In this document: positions 1 to 14,010 of the stretch, one piece after another | Position numbering within the stretch: position 1 is the stretch's first letter | Layout: every line of letters starts with the position of its first letter | Made by a program: the position numbers and the translations under genes | NCBI RefSeq assembly: GCF_001194135.2 | Contig: NC_068984.1 | Span: forward strand, 133,144,000-133,204,397 | Direction of reading: 5' to 3' | DNA: 60,398 nt | From: Octopus bimaculoides | Taxonomy: Eukaryota | Notes under the pieces: generated by a model | Databases searched by the model: none | Seen by the model: only the letters and a program-made list of their open reading frames with translations | Told to the model about the DNA's origin: nothing

Positions 1-233
1 GGCACATAAAAGACACCATTTCGAGCGTGGCCGTTTTCGTGCGGGTGACACATAAAAGCACCCACTACACTCTCTGAGTGGTTGGCGTTAGGAAGGGCAT
101 CCAGCTGTAGAAACTCTGCCAAATTAGACTGGAGCCTGGTGTTGCCATCCGGTTTCACCAGTCCTCAGTCAAATCGTCCAACCCATGCTAGCATGGAAAG
201 CGGACGTTAAACGATGATGATGATGATGATGAT
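1..233 (+). mobile_element. Family C repeat (RTE-type 3' tail), truncated by the window edge
   Basis: GGTTGGCGTTAGGAAGGGCATCCAGCTGTAG...CATGGAAAGCGGACGTTAAAC(GAT)n. Confidence 0.85.
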
Positions 234-1357
234 ATACAAACAAAACAAAACATGTCATTTTTATCTTAATTTGTTTTCCTCCAATTTAATAAAAGTGTCA
301 AATGTGTTCTTTTAACTATATTTAAATTTATCAATAATTTTTAGTTTAATTACCACAAGAGTTATTTCAAAATAATAAAAGTCTTCAAAAATTAAATAAA
401 TAAGAAATACATAAAAATCAAAAAAAAAACAACTTAGATATGAAAATGAAAATAAAATGAATAGAGATATTATACTTGTCCAATTATAATAATATTATTA
501 TTATTCAGCCTATTAGATTTTAAACTTGAACATTCTAAAACCAGTTGATTTATTAAAATATTCTAGTCAGCTATATTATATTTTTTTTCTTTCACTCTTT
601 AATGATTTTTAAAAGTCTTTTGGATGATATTATTATGATCAATTAATGAAAAATTATTGTAAAATTAATTCATTTATAAAAATATAAACATGAATAATAC
701 AGCAAAAAGTTAGTTAAATTTCCATGAGATAGCAATTTGTGTTTGAAAATAAAATTGAAAGACAGTTTGTTAAAGCAGTTATCTAACAGTTTCACAATCC
801 TCTGTGTTAATTGCTTTACTAAAAGGAATATGATGCAATGTGTTTTATGCAGGAATGTAAATATGGAAATTATTATATCTTTTGAACCTGAAAAATGTAT
901 TTAGGGTACATAAACAACCAGTTGCTGGGTTTAAAATATGGTCCCCTCTCTTTATTAATTATTAATTACTTGAGAACTTTATTTATTTTAGGTACTGGCT
1001 ATATACACATAGTTGTGTTAGAGGCAGTGGTAGGGTATATATAGTTACAACCAGATCAAAAACTGGTGTGTTTGTGTGTGTAATCATTATCATTGTCATC
1101 ATTCTAATATTCACATTTCCATGTTGGATGGGATTTGTTGAGGCATATTTTCTATGGGCAGGGTGCCCTCCCTGTCACTACATAAATACACACACACACA
1201 CACACACATATATATACACACCAGCTGGTAAACTGAGCTTGGTTTTCTCTGTGTGTGTGTGCAAGCATACATGTGTACATGTGTATGTGCACACACACAC
1301 AATGGGCTTCTTTCAGTTTCCATCTACCAAATCCACTCACAAGGCTTTAGTCAGCCT

Positions 1358-1460
1358 GGGATTAAGTCGATTACATTGACCCTAGTGCGTAACTGGTACT
1401 TAATTTATTGACCCCGAAAGGATGAAAGGCAAAGTCGACCTTGGCGGAATTTGAACTCCG
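1358..1460 (-). mobile_element. SINE family A fragment (others at ~25805-25960, 29940-30115, 32075-32164, 46995-47070, 58540-58640)
   Basis: GGATGAAAGGCAAAGTCGACC...GAATTTGAACTC central domain. Confidence 0.8.
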
Positions 1461-2743
1461 CCTTCCATCCTCTTCTGTCCCCCTTCCTGTGCATCTACTT
1501 CCCAGACCTATATGTTGTTGTGACTAGAAGTGAAATAATTTAGCAAAATAAAAATAAAAACCATCTTTTCTTTCTTAAAAAGCTTCTCCTAATCTTTTTC
1601 ATTCTGTGGAATTTCCACAAATCCCACTAGTATACACATATGACCTATGACCTTAATTTTGATGACTTTTTTTTTGTACAGTAAAATACATGAATTAATG
1701 CAATGAAATTTGTTCAAAGTTATAGTTATTAAAGCAACTTTTCTCTGCAATCAATTAAAATTTGAAATGTTTTGAATCCAATGTCATTTCAACTCCAATT
1801 CAGGATAAATTTTGTATTGAGTTTGGCTAAGAAAAATCTAACTCTTGTTAGGAAATATACGGATTAGTGACATTGTAAATCCCATTAGTAAATTTAAATG
1901 CATTAATTGAATTACTTAATCTATTGTATAAGGCACCAGAAACAGCACTATATTCATAATCACACATCCAATTAATATATACTATTTTTTTTAATTAAAA
2001 AAAATGTTTTTCTCATTATCATTGTATTTAATGTAAGCTCAACTCTAGGCATCTTTAATGTATTGAATATTGAATAATTTAATTTTCTCTAATTAATACT
2101 TTTTTGGACTACATGTGAGAATTGACTAAATTGAATGTGTATGTGTGTGTGTAGTGTATATATATGTGTGTGTGTGTGTTTACATGTATATCTGTATGTA
2201 TTTACATACATTCATACATACAATATATGTGTGTACATATGTATATTTGTGTGTATATGTATTTATATGTACATATAAGTGGATTTGGTAGACAAACTGA
2301 AAGAAGTCTGCCATATAAACATGCATGTGTTTGTGTGTGTGTGTGTGCATGCACACATGCATACCATGTACAAACTGTATGGTCAGATGGGTAAGAAATT
2401 TGCTTTGCAGTTATGAGATTCTGGGATCAATCTCACTGTTGCATAGCAAGAAATATTTACTATAGTCACAGGTTGACCCATGCTTGGTGAGTCAACTTGA
2501 GTATTCAGAAACAATGGAAATTCTCATCATGTGGGGTTTCTTTCTCTGGGGAAAATTTTTTCTCTATAAACTTTGTGTAAAAACAGACCAAACCAAACTC
2601 CAAGTGATGTTCAGTGGACTACCAGACACAATATTTCAGCATGATTTAGCCTCTTCAAGGTCAGATACCACCTGTCACTGGTACTCATTTTCAGATAGGT
2701 GAATTAAGGCAGCATGAAATTTTTTGAATGTGTATTTCTGTAT

Positions 2744-2775
<32 letters not shown>

Positions 2776-3269
2776 GTATATGTATGTTTCCGTTTGTCAA
2801 TTTATATATGTTTGTGTATGCACACACACACACACACATATCTGCAGAAGCTTGGCTGCCTTAGAAATTTGAAATGTCAGATATGTAGCACAATGTTCCA
2901 TTTTCTCTGGCACTCAACAGTTTTCGTGATTTACTTCTAACATGGGTCTTTGACCCAATAACCCAGTAATTTAATCACACAGCCTCTGCCCTTCAGTGCC
3001 CCATTGCAAGAAGCTCTGATCTTGAATGGGAAATTATAATAATTAAATTGTTTCTCTTTTAGTTTTTCTTTTAGTTCTTAATTTTGTATTATAATTTCTA
3101 CTGAACATGAATTTAAATTGGTTTTATATTCGTCTTATTCACAATTTTAACACTTCCGCAGGTTATCTTTGAAAATACTTGACACTTTTCAAATAAGTTC
3201 ATTGAGGGTGGGTATACAGTACCCATGGCCACTGCAAGCCCATTCCAGACAAGTGCATTTCATACCTCT

Positions 3270-3692
3270 CTAAATATGTAGAGGCAATAACTGTAGGGTT
3301 ACCACAAGGTTCAGTCCTTGTTGCAGTGTGGTAGTTGGTGGACTTCAAGGACCCTGGAAGTTATGCTAGTGGAGCACAAGCTCCATTTGGGCTTCTCATG
3401 CTGGACCAGACAAATAGCAGCCAAACTTATGTGGACCACCTCTTCCCATGGGTTTGCATATAGCCAGTACCTCTACTTAGAGAAAAGCAAAATTCGATGA
3501 CAATTCAAAGCCAATAAGATCTGGAAGAGGATGGCCTTTCCTCAGGGAAACATAGGTGGGATAGTGAGGCATGGCTGAAAAAGCAGGGATCCAAATGGAG
3601 AATAACAGGAAAAAAATAGCCTAGAGTTGAGAACAATGAAGAAAAGTCATCAGTAGCCTATGCTGCATAGGGAGTGAACAGCTTAAGTTAGT
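3270..3692 (+). mobile_element. Decayed RTE-like LINE pieces
   Basis: ITVGLPQGSVL at about 3290. The C-terminus GRGWP...IA*S*EQ*RKVISSLCCIGSE ends in a TAAGT-type tail. Confidence 0.65.
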
Positions 3693-5039
3693 AATATCTG
3701 TTAATGAAAACATAATGCAGATGGAACTGACGTGAGGATTACATTGGAGTGGAGATCTATAGAATACTTACAGTTGAGTGAACTCTGACTGAGTGTTAGT
3801 CCTATCACCTGTTTTATTGTTATCTAATAAAAAGCCTATCACATCTATTAATAGATCCTCAAAGCAGGTCTGCGAGTAGTAGAAATTGCAGAGAACCAGT
3901 ATGAATCCTGCTTACCATTTGATTAAATTTATTTATGATATGGTTTCAATAAAAATAGCATCAAAATAAATTTTGCCTTTCACTTCTACAGTGTCAACAG
4001 GTACCAGCCATATGCTGAGTCAAATCAATCAACTGTTCTTCTTCCCCCCCCCCCTGATATATGACCTTGGGTTTAAGTTACAAAACCATTAATTGATCAA
4101 TAACACAAAAACCTGTTCTATGTTATTTTTTGTTTAACTCGCTATTAATTAAATTTATTAAACCAGTTTTGCTGCTCTGTTGTTAGATTCTATTAATTTG
4201 TTTTAAATAATATTCTTTTACTTATTTTTATTTTTAGTATTATTATATTTTCTCTTGTCAATTCCTATGATTTGAAAAAGAGAGTAAAAAAAACATAACT
4301 TTATTATTTCCATGTGTTTAATCTAGTATTGCTGTTATGACTAATCCTGGTCAAGCCGACCCTTCTACACATTGTATTTATTTCAATGTGTTCCATAGTT
4401 AAGAAGCTTGCTTTGCAACCGCATGGTTCCAGGTTCAGTCTCACTGCATGGCATCTTCATATGCGTCTACATGTATGCAAACACTAAATTACATTTTCAC
4501 AAATCATAGGAACTCCAAAAAAAAAAAAAAGATGATTACTTTTAAATCTCTAGTCACCTTGTGAATTTCTGGCATCAGTTCTGAAAAGAAGAATGTCAAA
4601 GAAAACACATACACACAGGCATGCTCACACTCAAAGGTTGTATTCAAGGAATACATTTAAAGCAATCATACTTATCACTAAAATTAAATATATTTAAGTG
4701 ACTGCGTAAGTTAATAAGTTTGCCTCCTGACCACATGCTTTCTGGTCCAGTCTTTGGGTAATTGTCTTCTATTATAGCCTTAGGCCTACCAAAACCTTGT
4801 GAATGGATTTGTGAAGTGCAAACTGAAATAAACCCAGTTGAGTGTGTGTGTGTGTGTGTGTGTGTGTATACTTACTTGGAAATGGATGCATCGCATTCAA
4901 TTAAATAATAAATATGGATATATATATGCATATATGGGTACAGGACATCACCAGTGGTGCAAATAACTTGAAATACATAAACAGCCAGAAAAAAAGGACC
5001 CTTCATCAGTTGTTGGCTATCTATTTCGAGCATATATAC

Positions 5040-5085
<46 letters not shown>

Positions 5086-5519
5086 GGGAAAGACAAGAAG
5101 AAAATGGAGAATAAATGGATATAATTACTAATTTATTTGTATGTTACATAAAGATGACTTTTAAAAAAAAAAATAACAGTACAAGTAAATTGATTAGAAG
5201 TTGAAAGCTCAAAGAAAAATAAATTAAGACAAAAAAATAAAAAAAGAAAGTTTCCACATTCCAACTTTATGGTGGTAGGACTTTGTCGGGGTTCATATAG
5301 AGCTCATGCAACTTAGGTAATTATTTTATCTTTTGAGGAAAGTATAGAGCATTAGTGGTTTAAAATTAAAAGCTATGTATTAAAATTATGTTTGATTGAG
5401 TATATTTAGAGAAAAACCTGCTGAAAATGAGTATGTAATGTTAGCATCACATATGGAATTGAATATGTAATGTTAGAAGCGTCACTGTTAAGTGAGTTTT
5501 AAAGGCAGTCTGATATGAA

Positions 5520-5800
5520 AGATATTTAACAGCTGTATGCACTAAGGATGTTTACACTGTGGATATGGAATGCATGTGGATTATACAGGATGTGTAGAAA
5601 AATGTGCTTTGTGGCTGTGAATTGGTGTTGGTTTAAAAAACAGTTATGTCAGATGAGATGGTGTAAAATTGAGATTCATGGAAATAAATGAACTTATCTG
5701 ACCCGTATGAACATGGAAAAGAGGGTGTTAAATTGACGATGATTATGGTGATGATGATGATGATGGAGACGATAATGATGGTGACGATGATGATGATATG
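5520..5800 (+). mobile_element. RTE-like LINE 3' end, strongly decayed
   Basis: Weak ...GCVEKC... similarity, then ACCCGTATGAACATGGAAAAGAGGGTGTTAAA and a (GAT)n tail, the same tail as families C and E. Confidence 0.5.
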
Positions 5801-5950
5801 ACAAATGATGTAAGGGCATATTTGTGCTCACTGCTGCTACCACCATTGTTGAGTAGGTCAGGTGAAGTCTTTTTCTTTTTTTGCAGTGACATGATACTTA
5901 TGTAGCTGATTTGAACATTCTGGAAAAAAACCACAGAGCTACATTTACAT

Positions 5951-5964
5951 TGCGTCATGACGCA
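5951..5964. promoter_or_regulatory. CRE-like palindrome TGCGTCATGACGCA
   Basis: Perfect 14-bp palindrome holding two CGTCA/TGACG half-sites, with another TACGTCAA at 6037-6044. Function is inferred only. Confidence 0.35.
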
Positions 5965-7302
5965 TGTTTAACAGTGGGAGATTCGTTATAACAGTAGGAG
6001 ACCAAGACTCCTGGCAGTTTGCTTTGTTTGAAAAGATACGTCAAGCTAAGTAAAAGTGTGGTTGCCCTTGCATACAGGCTCATCCCTTGCAACCCTCTCC
6101 AACTGAGCATCCCTAGTCTTGTGGGTTTGTAAGTGGTGGTGCAACATAAAAAGCACCCGTATCAGTGCTGCGTAAAAGTGCCCAGTACACTCTGTAAAGT
6201 GGTTGGCATTAGGAAAGGCATCCAGCTGTAGGAGCCATGCCAAAACAGACGACTGGAGCCTAAACAGCCCTTCAGCTGGTCAGCTCCTGTCAAACCATCC
6301 AACCCAAGCCTGCATGGAAAATGGACATCAAATGATGATGTACAATAATTCATCTAACCTTCTATCTGATATGGTTTGATATGTCTGGAAAGTTTGGTAG
6401 TGATTACAGCTGAGGCCGATAAGTTGGAGTCAGTTTTTGAATTCCTTAGGACTTGCTGACAGAATATGACAATCCAACCTGAGTTTGAACTTGGAAAGGA
6501 AATAGATGTTGCAACTTTTAGGACATTTGTGTAAGTTTGTATTTGTCTTGGACTTATCGAAGATTTTATAAATGACATGTGTTGATAATAATAGTTTTTT
6601 TAATAATTAGAGATACAGTAGCAAGAGTTAGGTTGGCTATAGCAGACCCAATGAGTTGAGATTAGTATACTCCTGTATCTATAAAGTAAGGGTTGATAAT
6701 ACAGTGGGTTTGTCCCCACTTATTATACAAAGGTTTGAGTACTTATTCAAGGCAAAATATTATTTTCTATTATCAATAGTGCATTAGAAATGACAGGCTC
6801 TAATCATTAGCATCTAACTATGAAAATATCAAGAAAAATAATGTATAGATAAATACTAAAATTCTTGAATCTTTTCCCAAATTTGTTGGTATACTAACAG
6901 AAGCAGTTGTATCATATCAGTATATATGTGTTCTTATTTGCTTCATTCCAGTCATACAGGCTAAATTGTAGTACATACCACATTCACTTTATCAATCATT
7001 TCAGAAGAATGTTATGCAGTGTAATATATGGTTTATCTCATGTTGAAACATCTGTAAATGGATATACTGACCACTGAACTAAGAAGGATTGTAATTTATA
7101 TCTCAGTTTAATGTTTCATAAATGTTTTCTTAGAGTTCTGTATTCTGTATTTATTTATATTTTTTTCTTATTTCAAAAATAATTCGTAAAGCTATGCAAA
7201 ATTTCTTGGGTGAGAAAGGTGAATGGAATCAGTACTGTTAATGTCTAATTAGGTGGACAAAAGCAGGCAGTTAATAACAAATACTGTACAAAATGCCTTA
7301 CA

Positions 7303-7341
<39 letters not shown>

Positions 7342-7372
7342 TTCATTCTTCTATATTTTGAGTTTAACTATT

Positions 7373-7606
7373 TATTTCTTTATTGCCCACAGGGGGCTAA
7401 ACACAGAGGGGACAAACAGGGACAGACAAAGGGATTAAGTCGATTACATTGACCCCAGTGCATAGCTAGTACTTCTTTAATCAACCCCGAAAAGATGAAA
7501 GGCAAAGTCGACTTTGGCGCAATCTGAACTCAGAAACATAACAGCAGACAAAATACTGTTAAGCATTTCACCCGGTGTGCTAACAATTCTACCAGCTCAC
7601 TGCCTT
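7373..7606 (-). mobile_element. tRNA-derived SINE, family A, full length
   Basis: Reverse complement of the family consensus GGCGGCGAGCTGGCAGAA...GAGTTCAAATTCC...CGACTTTGCCTTTCATCC...AATAAAGAAATA. Confidence 0.9.
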
Positions 7607-7963
7607 TAACGATTTTTTCAGCTCATCGTCTTGAGTTTAAATATTGCAGCAATCAAACTTGCCTTTCATCTATTTGGAGTCAAATGAAGATCAGTATTAC
7701 AAATATGTCTGGATTGATACTATCATCATCATCCATCATCTTAATGTTCAATTCTCTGTGCTCAGTAAGGTCAGACAGAGTTTATTGAGGTAGATTTTCT
7801 ATGGTTGGATGTGCTTCCTGTCACCAACCCTCACCTATTTCCAGGTAAGGTAATATTCCCTGCTGTGGCTGGACATGCTTTTACAGAAGATTGGAAATGG
7901 ACACCACTTGTATGACAGTGACATTCATTTACAAAAATCATGCAATGTCAAGATAAGGAGACA

Positions 7964-8073
<110 letters not shown>

Positions 8074-9558
8074 CGATTTCCATCTACCAAATCCACACTG
8101 TGCAATTGAACCCAGAGCCTAGTGGTTGAGGAGTGAACTTCTGAACCACACAGTCACATCAGCTTCTTACTTCTTAATCACATGACCATGCTTATGCTCT
8201 CATACCAACATATTGCACCCTTCTAAAAAAAAAATTTTTGTGCTTAATCAAAATAAATTCTATATTAGAGTTAGAGTATATCAAAGAAAGAAGAAAGAAG
8301 AACCAGATTGTTTTGGGTGGGGATTTGGGAAGTGAAGCTCTCTGAGTTGTAAAAGTTGATATATGTGTGTGTGTGTGTAATTTTTTTTTTTAGTCTGGCT
8401 TTGTCAGTTTAGCCTAGCCTTTCAATAATCAAATGCTATTAAAAATACCTATAATTACATGGTTATTATAAAGTATTTTGGTGGAGAAATATATTTGTCA
8501 TATGCAATACTTCCTGATACACTTGTTACATAGTAGATGTGTTTTTTATAGTTCTATGGAAATGGTAAGTCCGTGTGCCTATTACAGAATTTGATGGCTA
8601 AGGTAAAATTGCCAAACCTGACATGTTTAAAATTAAACTTGGAGGAATAGGCATTGAGGTTACAAGGATGGCGGTAGTGGTGGCGGCAGCACTGGTAGAA
8701 GTGGTGGTCATGGTGGCCGTGGTCATAGTAGTAGTAAAACTTGATCAACTGATTGATGTAAGTATGAGATATGTTAGCGTAGACATCCATGAATAGCAGC
8801 AAAGGTAATTAGTATATATAGAAGCAAGGACGTTAAGTTGTTGATTCATCAAGCTTTGTAGTGACAGGTTGGAAGCTAGAAGTCTCTGCTTCATACAGTC
8901 AGTCTCCACAAGTGCAAGAATTCACCAGTTATGACTGTAACTAACTCTATGAAGCTACTTGGATTAGACATCATGTAAGCATTGTACCTAATAGTTATTG
9001 TGCTTTGTTATTAGCTGTGGTCCATATATATTTGTTATTATCTTGTCTTTACCACATGATTGTATTTATTTTAAAACCCTGGAAAATTGAAAGTCACAAC
9101 TACTTTTAGTAAAATTTGAGCTCAACACTTCGATGTTGGACTATTGAACATCTTGTCTATGAAAGACCTATCATTTTATTTGCTGTAGTACTGTACAATT
9201 AGTTAGCTCTCTTTATGGAACTGTATCAGTTTTGTTTAGCAATTTATATCCGTAATGTTAGAATTCAGAATGTACTTATCTAAACAGTAATTTATAGCAT
9301 AAAAAAATCCCTGTAGAAAGTTTTACATCTCAACCCCAAAATAACATGTGGTTTAAACAACAGTCCATAGTATTGCACATGAGCTATAGTGAAATCAATA
9401 TAGCTCTGTCAGTAGCTCTAAGTTCTCATAAAATTGCCATGTAAATTGCCTTTGAGATTTGCATAATTGAACATATTTATTGTATTATATTTATTTCTAA
9501 CTATATGTATTGAAATTCTCCTTTCAGAAATATTTCAAGTTCAATTGAACCAAATACC

Positions 9559-9712
9559 ATGACAGATGTAGATGTTAACTCTCATCTCCAGGACTTCATA
9601 GCAAGTGGACGTACTGGACGGCGAAATGCCTTGACTAACATCATACAAGATGAATTTTCAAAAGTCGGCACAGGTGATCTACCTTACGAACTGGAAAAGT
9701 TAAAGTGCACAG
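9559..9712 (+). CDS. PKI: cAMP-dependent protein kinase inhibitor (PKI family), first coding exon; the exon starts at 9528 with 31 nt of 5' UTR
   Basis: Translates to MTDVDVNSHLQDFIASGRTGRRNALTNIIQDEFSKVGTGDLPYELEKLKCT. FIASGRTGRRNA matches the PKI-alpha inhibitory peptide, and LPYELEKLKC aligns to the PKI NES LALKLAGLDI. Acceptor ttctcctttcag ends at 9527; phase-1 donor AG|gtaaat starts at 9713. The paralogue (A/B/G) cannot be assigned. Confidence 0.95.
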
Positions 9713-9759
9713 GTAAATTTCAAGATTGTTTTTTGCCTGTTGTTGATACCTTTTTTACC

Positions 9760-10118
9760 TTTTACTTGTTTAAGTTGTTAGACTGTGGCCATGCTGGGGC
9801 ACCACTAAAGAATTTTTAGTTAAATGAATCAACCCCCTCCCCTACCAGTACCGTTTTTTTTTTCTTAAGCCTGGTACTTATTCTATTGGTATCTTTGAAC
9901 TGCTAAGTTACGGAGACATACACACACTAAAAAGTGGTGGAGGACAGACACACACATGATGGGCTTCTTTCAGTTTCCATCTATCAAATCCACTCAGAAG
10001 AGGCTTTGTTCAGCCTGAGGCTATAGTAGAAGACACTTGCCTAAGCTGCCACTTAGTAGGACTGAACCTGGAACCATGTGGACAGGAAGCAAGCCTTTTA
10101 CTACACAGCCATGCCTGC
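9760..10118 (-). mobile_element. SINE family B, 47 nt downstream of the PKI donor
   Basis: Same modules as 14901-15314. Confidence 0.85.
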
Positions 10119-11433
10119 GTCTGGATGTTTCTTTTCAGGGCATACGTGTGTATTTGTGTTTTATTTTATTTTATTTATGTTTTCAAGTAGAAATGTACCT
10201 TCAGTCTATTCTGGTTACACAATATAAAATGCTTTGAGTGAAAAACCTTCAGATACAGGACTTTTATCTCAGTGTGTCACCAGTACTTATTTCATCCTTT
10301 CAGCACAGATAAAAAACAAAGCTATCCATGTCAACATTTAAGCTAAGAATCATGAGCCATTTATCTAACTCCTCATCAATACTCCAGTCTCTTCTGGCAC
10401 TTTTATAATCAAATTGTTAATCTGTGTTGAGTGGAAACAAATAATCTCATGAAACTTATTCAGAGTGTTAAGTTCCAAAAGAGGAAGATTTAAGTATTAC
10501 TTAAGATAGAACTTTGGTGGCAAAAGTCGGAATAGTCATCTTCTGTCAATTCACTCATCGTTCTTTAAGTAGAATGAATTGGCAGTGTGTTTAAATTTGT
10601 AGTTCAAATATATGAAGAAGTTTGTGCAAACTTGTGGAATCTGATGTCAACAGAGAAATTATTTGGTGGTAAACATTATAATTATTGTATAATAAGTTTT
10701 ACTATAAATTATATGTTAGTATAAATAACACATTCAATTGGATAAAAGATGGAATTAGTTTCAAGAAATTTGAGTCCTAGCCAGCTTCTCTTGAAAGGGT
10801 GAAAATAGAAATATTTTATATATTAAAAGCTGAACACAGGCCTGCCTAGCCCTAGTTTATGACAGGAATGCTAGGAATGTAGCTAATAGTATTATCACTA
10901 ATAGTATTATTAGTATTAAGGTGCAATGGAATCCTTACACACAAGACAAAATGACCCACTGTCTGTATCTTCTCTTATATTCACCCTCTTGTATCTTTAG
11001 AGTTTGCTCTAGCACCCCATCACTACTTCCCTTTATCTTTTTCAGCCATGTATCTCCTCTTCAGCAGGGCAACTCTGCTTGTCCCTGTTACACTCTAGCC
11101 TTTCAACACCTGGCATAAAGCTACCCATTTTCAACTTCTCCTCTCAAATACTCCCCTCTTAACAGTGGGACCTTTTTCCTTTTTTTTTTCCCCTGTTCTC
11201 TTTTCTGTGTTGCAAGTTTACATTGCAACCTTACTAGTGCAGTGGCATGGAAATAAAAAGCATGCAATGCACATTTAAAGTGATTGACATTAGGAAAGGC
11301 ATCCAGCCGTAGAAACCATACCAAAGCTAACATTGGCCCCCAAAGCAGTGCTGCAACATTTTGGACCCTGTCAAACTGCCCAAACCATGCTAGCTTGGAA
11401 AACAGATATTAGATAGTAGTGATTATATCTATG

Positions 11434-11539
<106 letters not shown>

Positions 11540-11614
11540 ATACAAAGAATATATATACATATATACACACATATATGTACATACTTACATCTACATGTGT
11601 ATATATATGCATAT

Positions 11615-12060
11615 TGGGGTACAGGACGTTAGAACAATGAACTACAGACAAGTTGGAATATTCCTTCATCAGCCGTCTCTATTCTAACCTGACGTTTCGA
11701 AGATAAGACAGAACGTACTCTAGAATAGTCTCTTCCTGAGTAGTGGATCAACCCACTACACAGAGGATTCCAAGGTGGCAAACACAAACCAAGACAGGAA
11801 AAATTGGACAGTGAAAACAACATTCAAAAGCCGTACAGCCAAACGCAAATCTGAGGTAGAACGCTAGTAGTTCGTCTTGCCTTCACAGTGGCTGGAGTGA
11901 AAAGAAAGCTGACCACAGGTCACACGAGAGCAGAGAGGATGGTGGAGGGAGGAAGTGGAACAAGGAGGAAGGGACAGAAGGGTATAGCAGTGAAGTAGAG
12001 GCCAGGACAGAGGGATAGATAGAAAGATAGAAGACAGATAGATAAATAGATAGATAGATA
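11615..12060 (-). mobile_element. Family H element (shorter relative at 4935-5031), possibly Penelope-like
   Basis: On the + strand both copies share TGGG(G)TACAGGAC...CCTTCATCAG...TTTCGA and are embedded in (TA)n. This copy carries a long purine-rich tract. Confidence 0.45.
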
Positions 12061-12076
12061 GATGTGATTATATGTA

Positions 12077-12144
<68 letters not shown>

Positions 12145-13399
12145 GATGTTGAGCCACACGGTGGTAATGACAAGTGACCAAGACCTTTGACGATATATTG
12201 TACTTGAGAAGACTCATCAAGCCAACTGAAATTGTAGTCATGGCCAATGCTGATATCATGTAACTAGCAACATATAACTGCCAGTGGCCCATAAACAGTA
12301 CCCATTATAACTTGGAGTGGTTGGCATTAGGAAGGGCATCCAGCCATAGAAACCATGCCAAATCAGGCTGGAACCTAGTACAGCTCTCCAACTTACCAAT
12401 TCCAATCAAACCATCTAACCCATGCCAACATGGAAAGCAGATGCTAAATGATGACGATGATGATTGGAACTGGAAAGGTCAATACTTGACAGTGGTCAAG
12501 GGATGCCCAAACTGAAATCAAATCAATCCCCACTGTGAGGTGTTAACCCTTCCAGTTGCAATAAGCCTTTCCTATCTCTTTCTCAGCCATAGGAGTACCT
12601 AATGCATCCAGATGTATTCATATGTATGTGTGTTTGTGTATGTGTGCACTATGTTTCATGTTTCTGTTACCCTAATTCATCAACAATAACTGCAGTTCTG
12701 GTTATTCATTAACAATCAAATATAACAGGTTATGTGTCATTGCACATTTACTGATAGGTAAGCCAAATGAAGATCCTTCTATATATCTCTCTCTCTCACA
12801 CACATTATTTTGTGAAAGTGCGTTGTCATGGTTACATTTAACATTGACTCTATAACTATTTAAGATTGGTACATTTATATAGGATAACTATTTTGAGTAT
12901 TTGTCTGCTTGGGCTTCACAAACTCATATCAATCAAATCTTTTGTTTACATCATGTGTTTGATTATTTGTTTTTCTTTCCATATTAGCAGCTGAACAAAT
13001 ATCTTATTAGTTGTATAAATATTATTCAGCTTCCCTTTTATCATTATTGATAATCTTATTCATTTGTTTGTTTTTTTTACTATAAATTTTTTTTTATGAT
13101 TTCACATTAAGAAAATAGGCTTATCAAACTAGATTTGTTGAATATCTTTCCCCTCTCTAATAATTTTTTTCTTGCCCTACCTTCTAGTCACCACTTCAGA
13201 ACATATGGCTAGTTATTATCAATTCTGGCAACTTCTTTTTCTAAAACCAATATTAGAAAGTGGTTTTCCACATTCCGAAATATATATCTATTGTTTTTAA
13301 TTCCTAAATGATGCAAACATGAAATTTACCTCACTGGAAACCAAAACATTGTTTTGCTTTTCTTTCGAATTGAGCTTCATTTGACCTAGTTTTCCAATA

Positions 13400-14010
13400 A
13401 CTCACTTTTGTCTGATGTTTTTATAACATCATTTGGGAAGCATTTATCTACCACTGGCATGCTTACAAGATGCTCATCACACAACCTGAACGCAATCTCA
13501 CTTTCCAAATTTCATTTCAACATTATGATCTCTTTCTCAAGAAGACCTCCACCAACTTTACAAAATACTTTTACCTACATACTTCTACCTGCACACTTCA
13601 ACTAAGATGGGTCTGGAAGTAGATATCCTTCTAATACAGCCTTTGCATTTTCTGCATAATTTTCTTTCGGCTCCACACTGTATATGCATGCACATACACA
13701 AACACAATGAAAGTCTTCATGGCCTCTCCTTTTTCTGCTCCATCTGTCCCACCATGTACACACAATCACCAACTAAAAACTTCTCCTATCACAGCAGCCC
13801 AACAAGACCCTTATCTTATAGGGTTGCTGTGATTGTCCTGATGGTAGTCGTTCCAGTGCTCTCAAACGGTGTATTCCAGTGCTTGTTCCTTTCTTTGTTA
13901 AACTTCTTAACCTCTCTCCATATAGAATATATCTACAGTCTTTAAAAATACATTACATGAAATTATACCCATTCTTAAATGGAGCAATTCTTCTGACCTT
14001 GGTAACTAAC
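13400..14010 (+). mobile_element. Possible highly decayed CR1-group LINE RT region
   Basis: LSYRVAVIV...NGVFQCLFLSLLNFL loosely matches FLS.R...VVV.G...GVPQGSVL..LF..FINDL. Confidence 0.35.

Noticed and set aside
8640-8763. Gly/Val-rich (GGT)n stretch ending in a GTAAGT donor as a PKI 5' exon
   Set aside because: Degenerate trinucleotide tracts are common here, and there is no acceptor or promoter support.
9713-9819. C-terminal part of ORF 9559-9819 (KFQDCFLPVVDT...)
   Set aside because: It lies past the GT donor and runs into a SINE-B tail, so it is intronic read-through.
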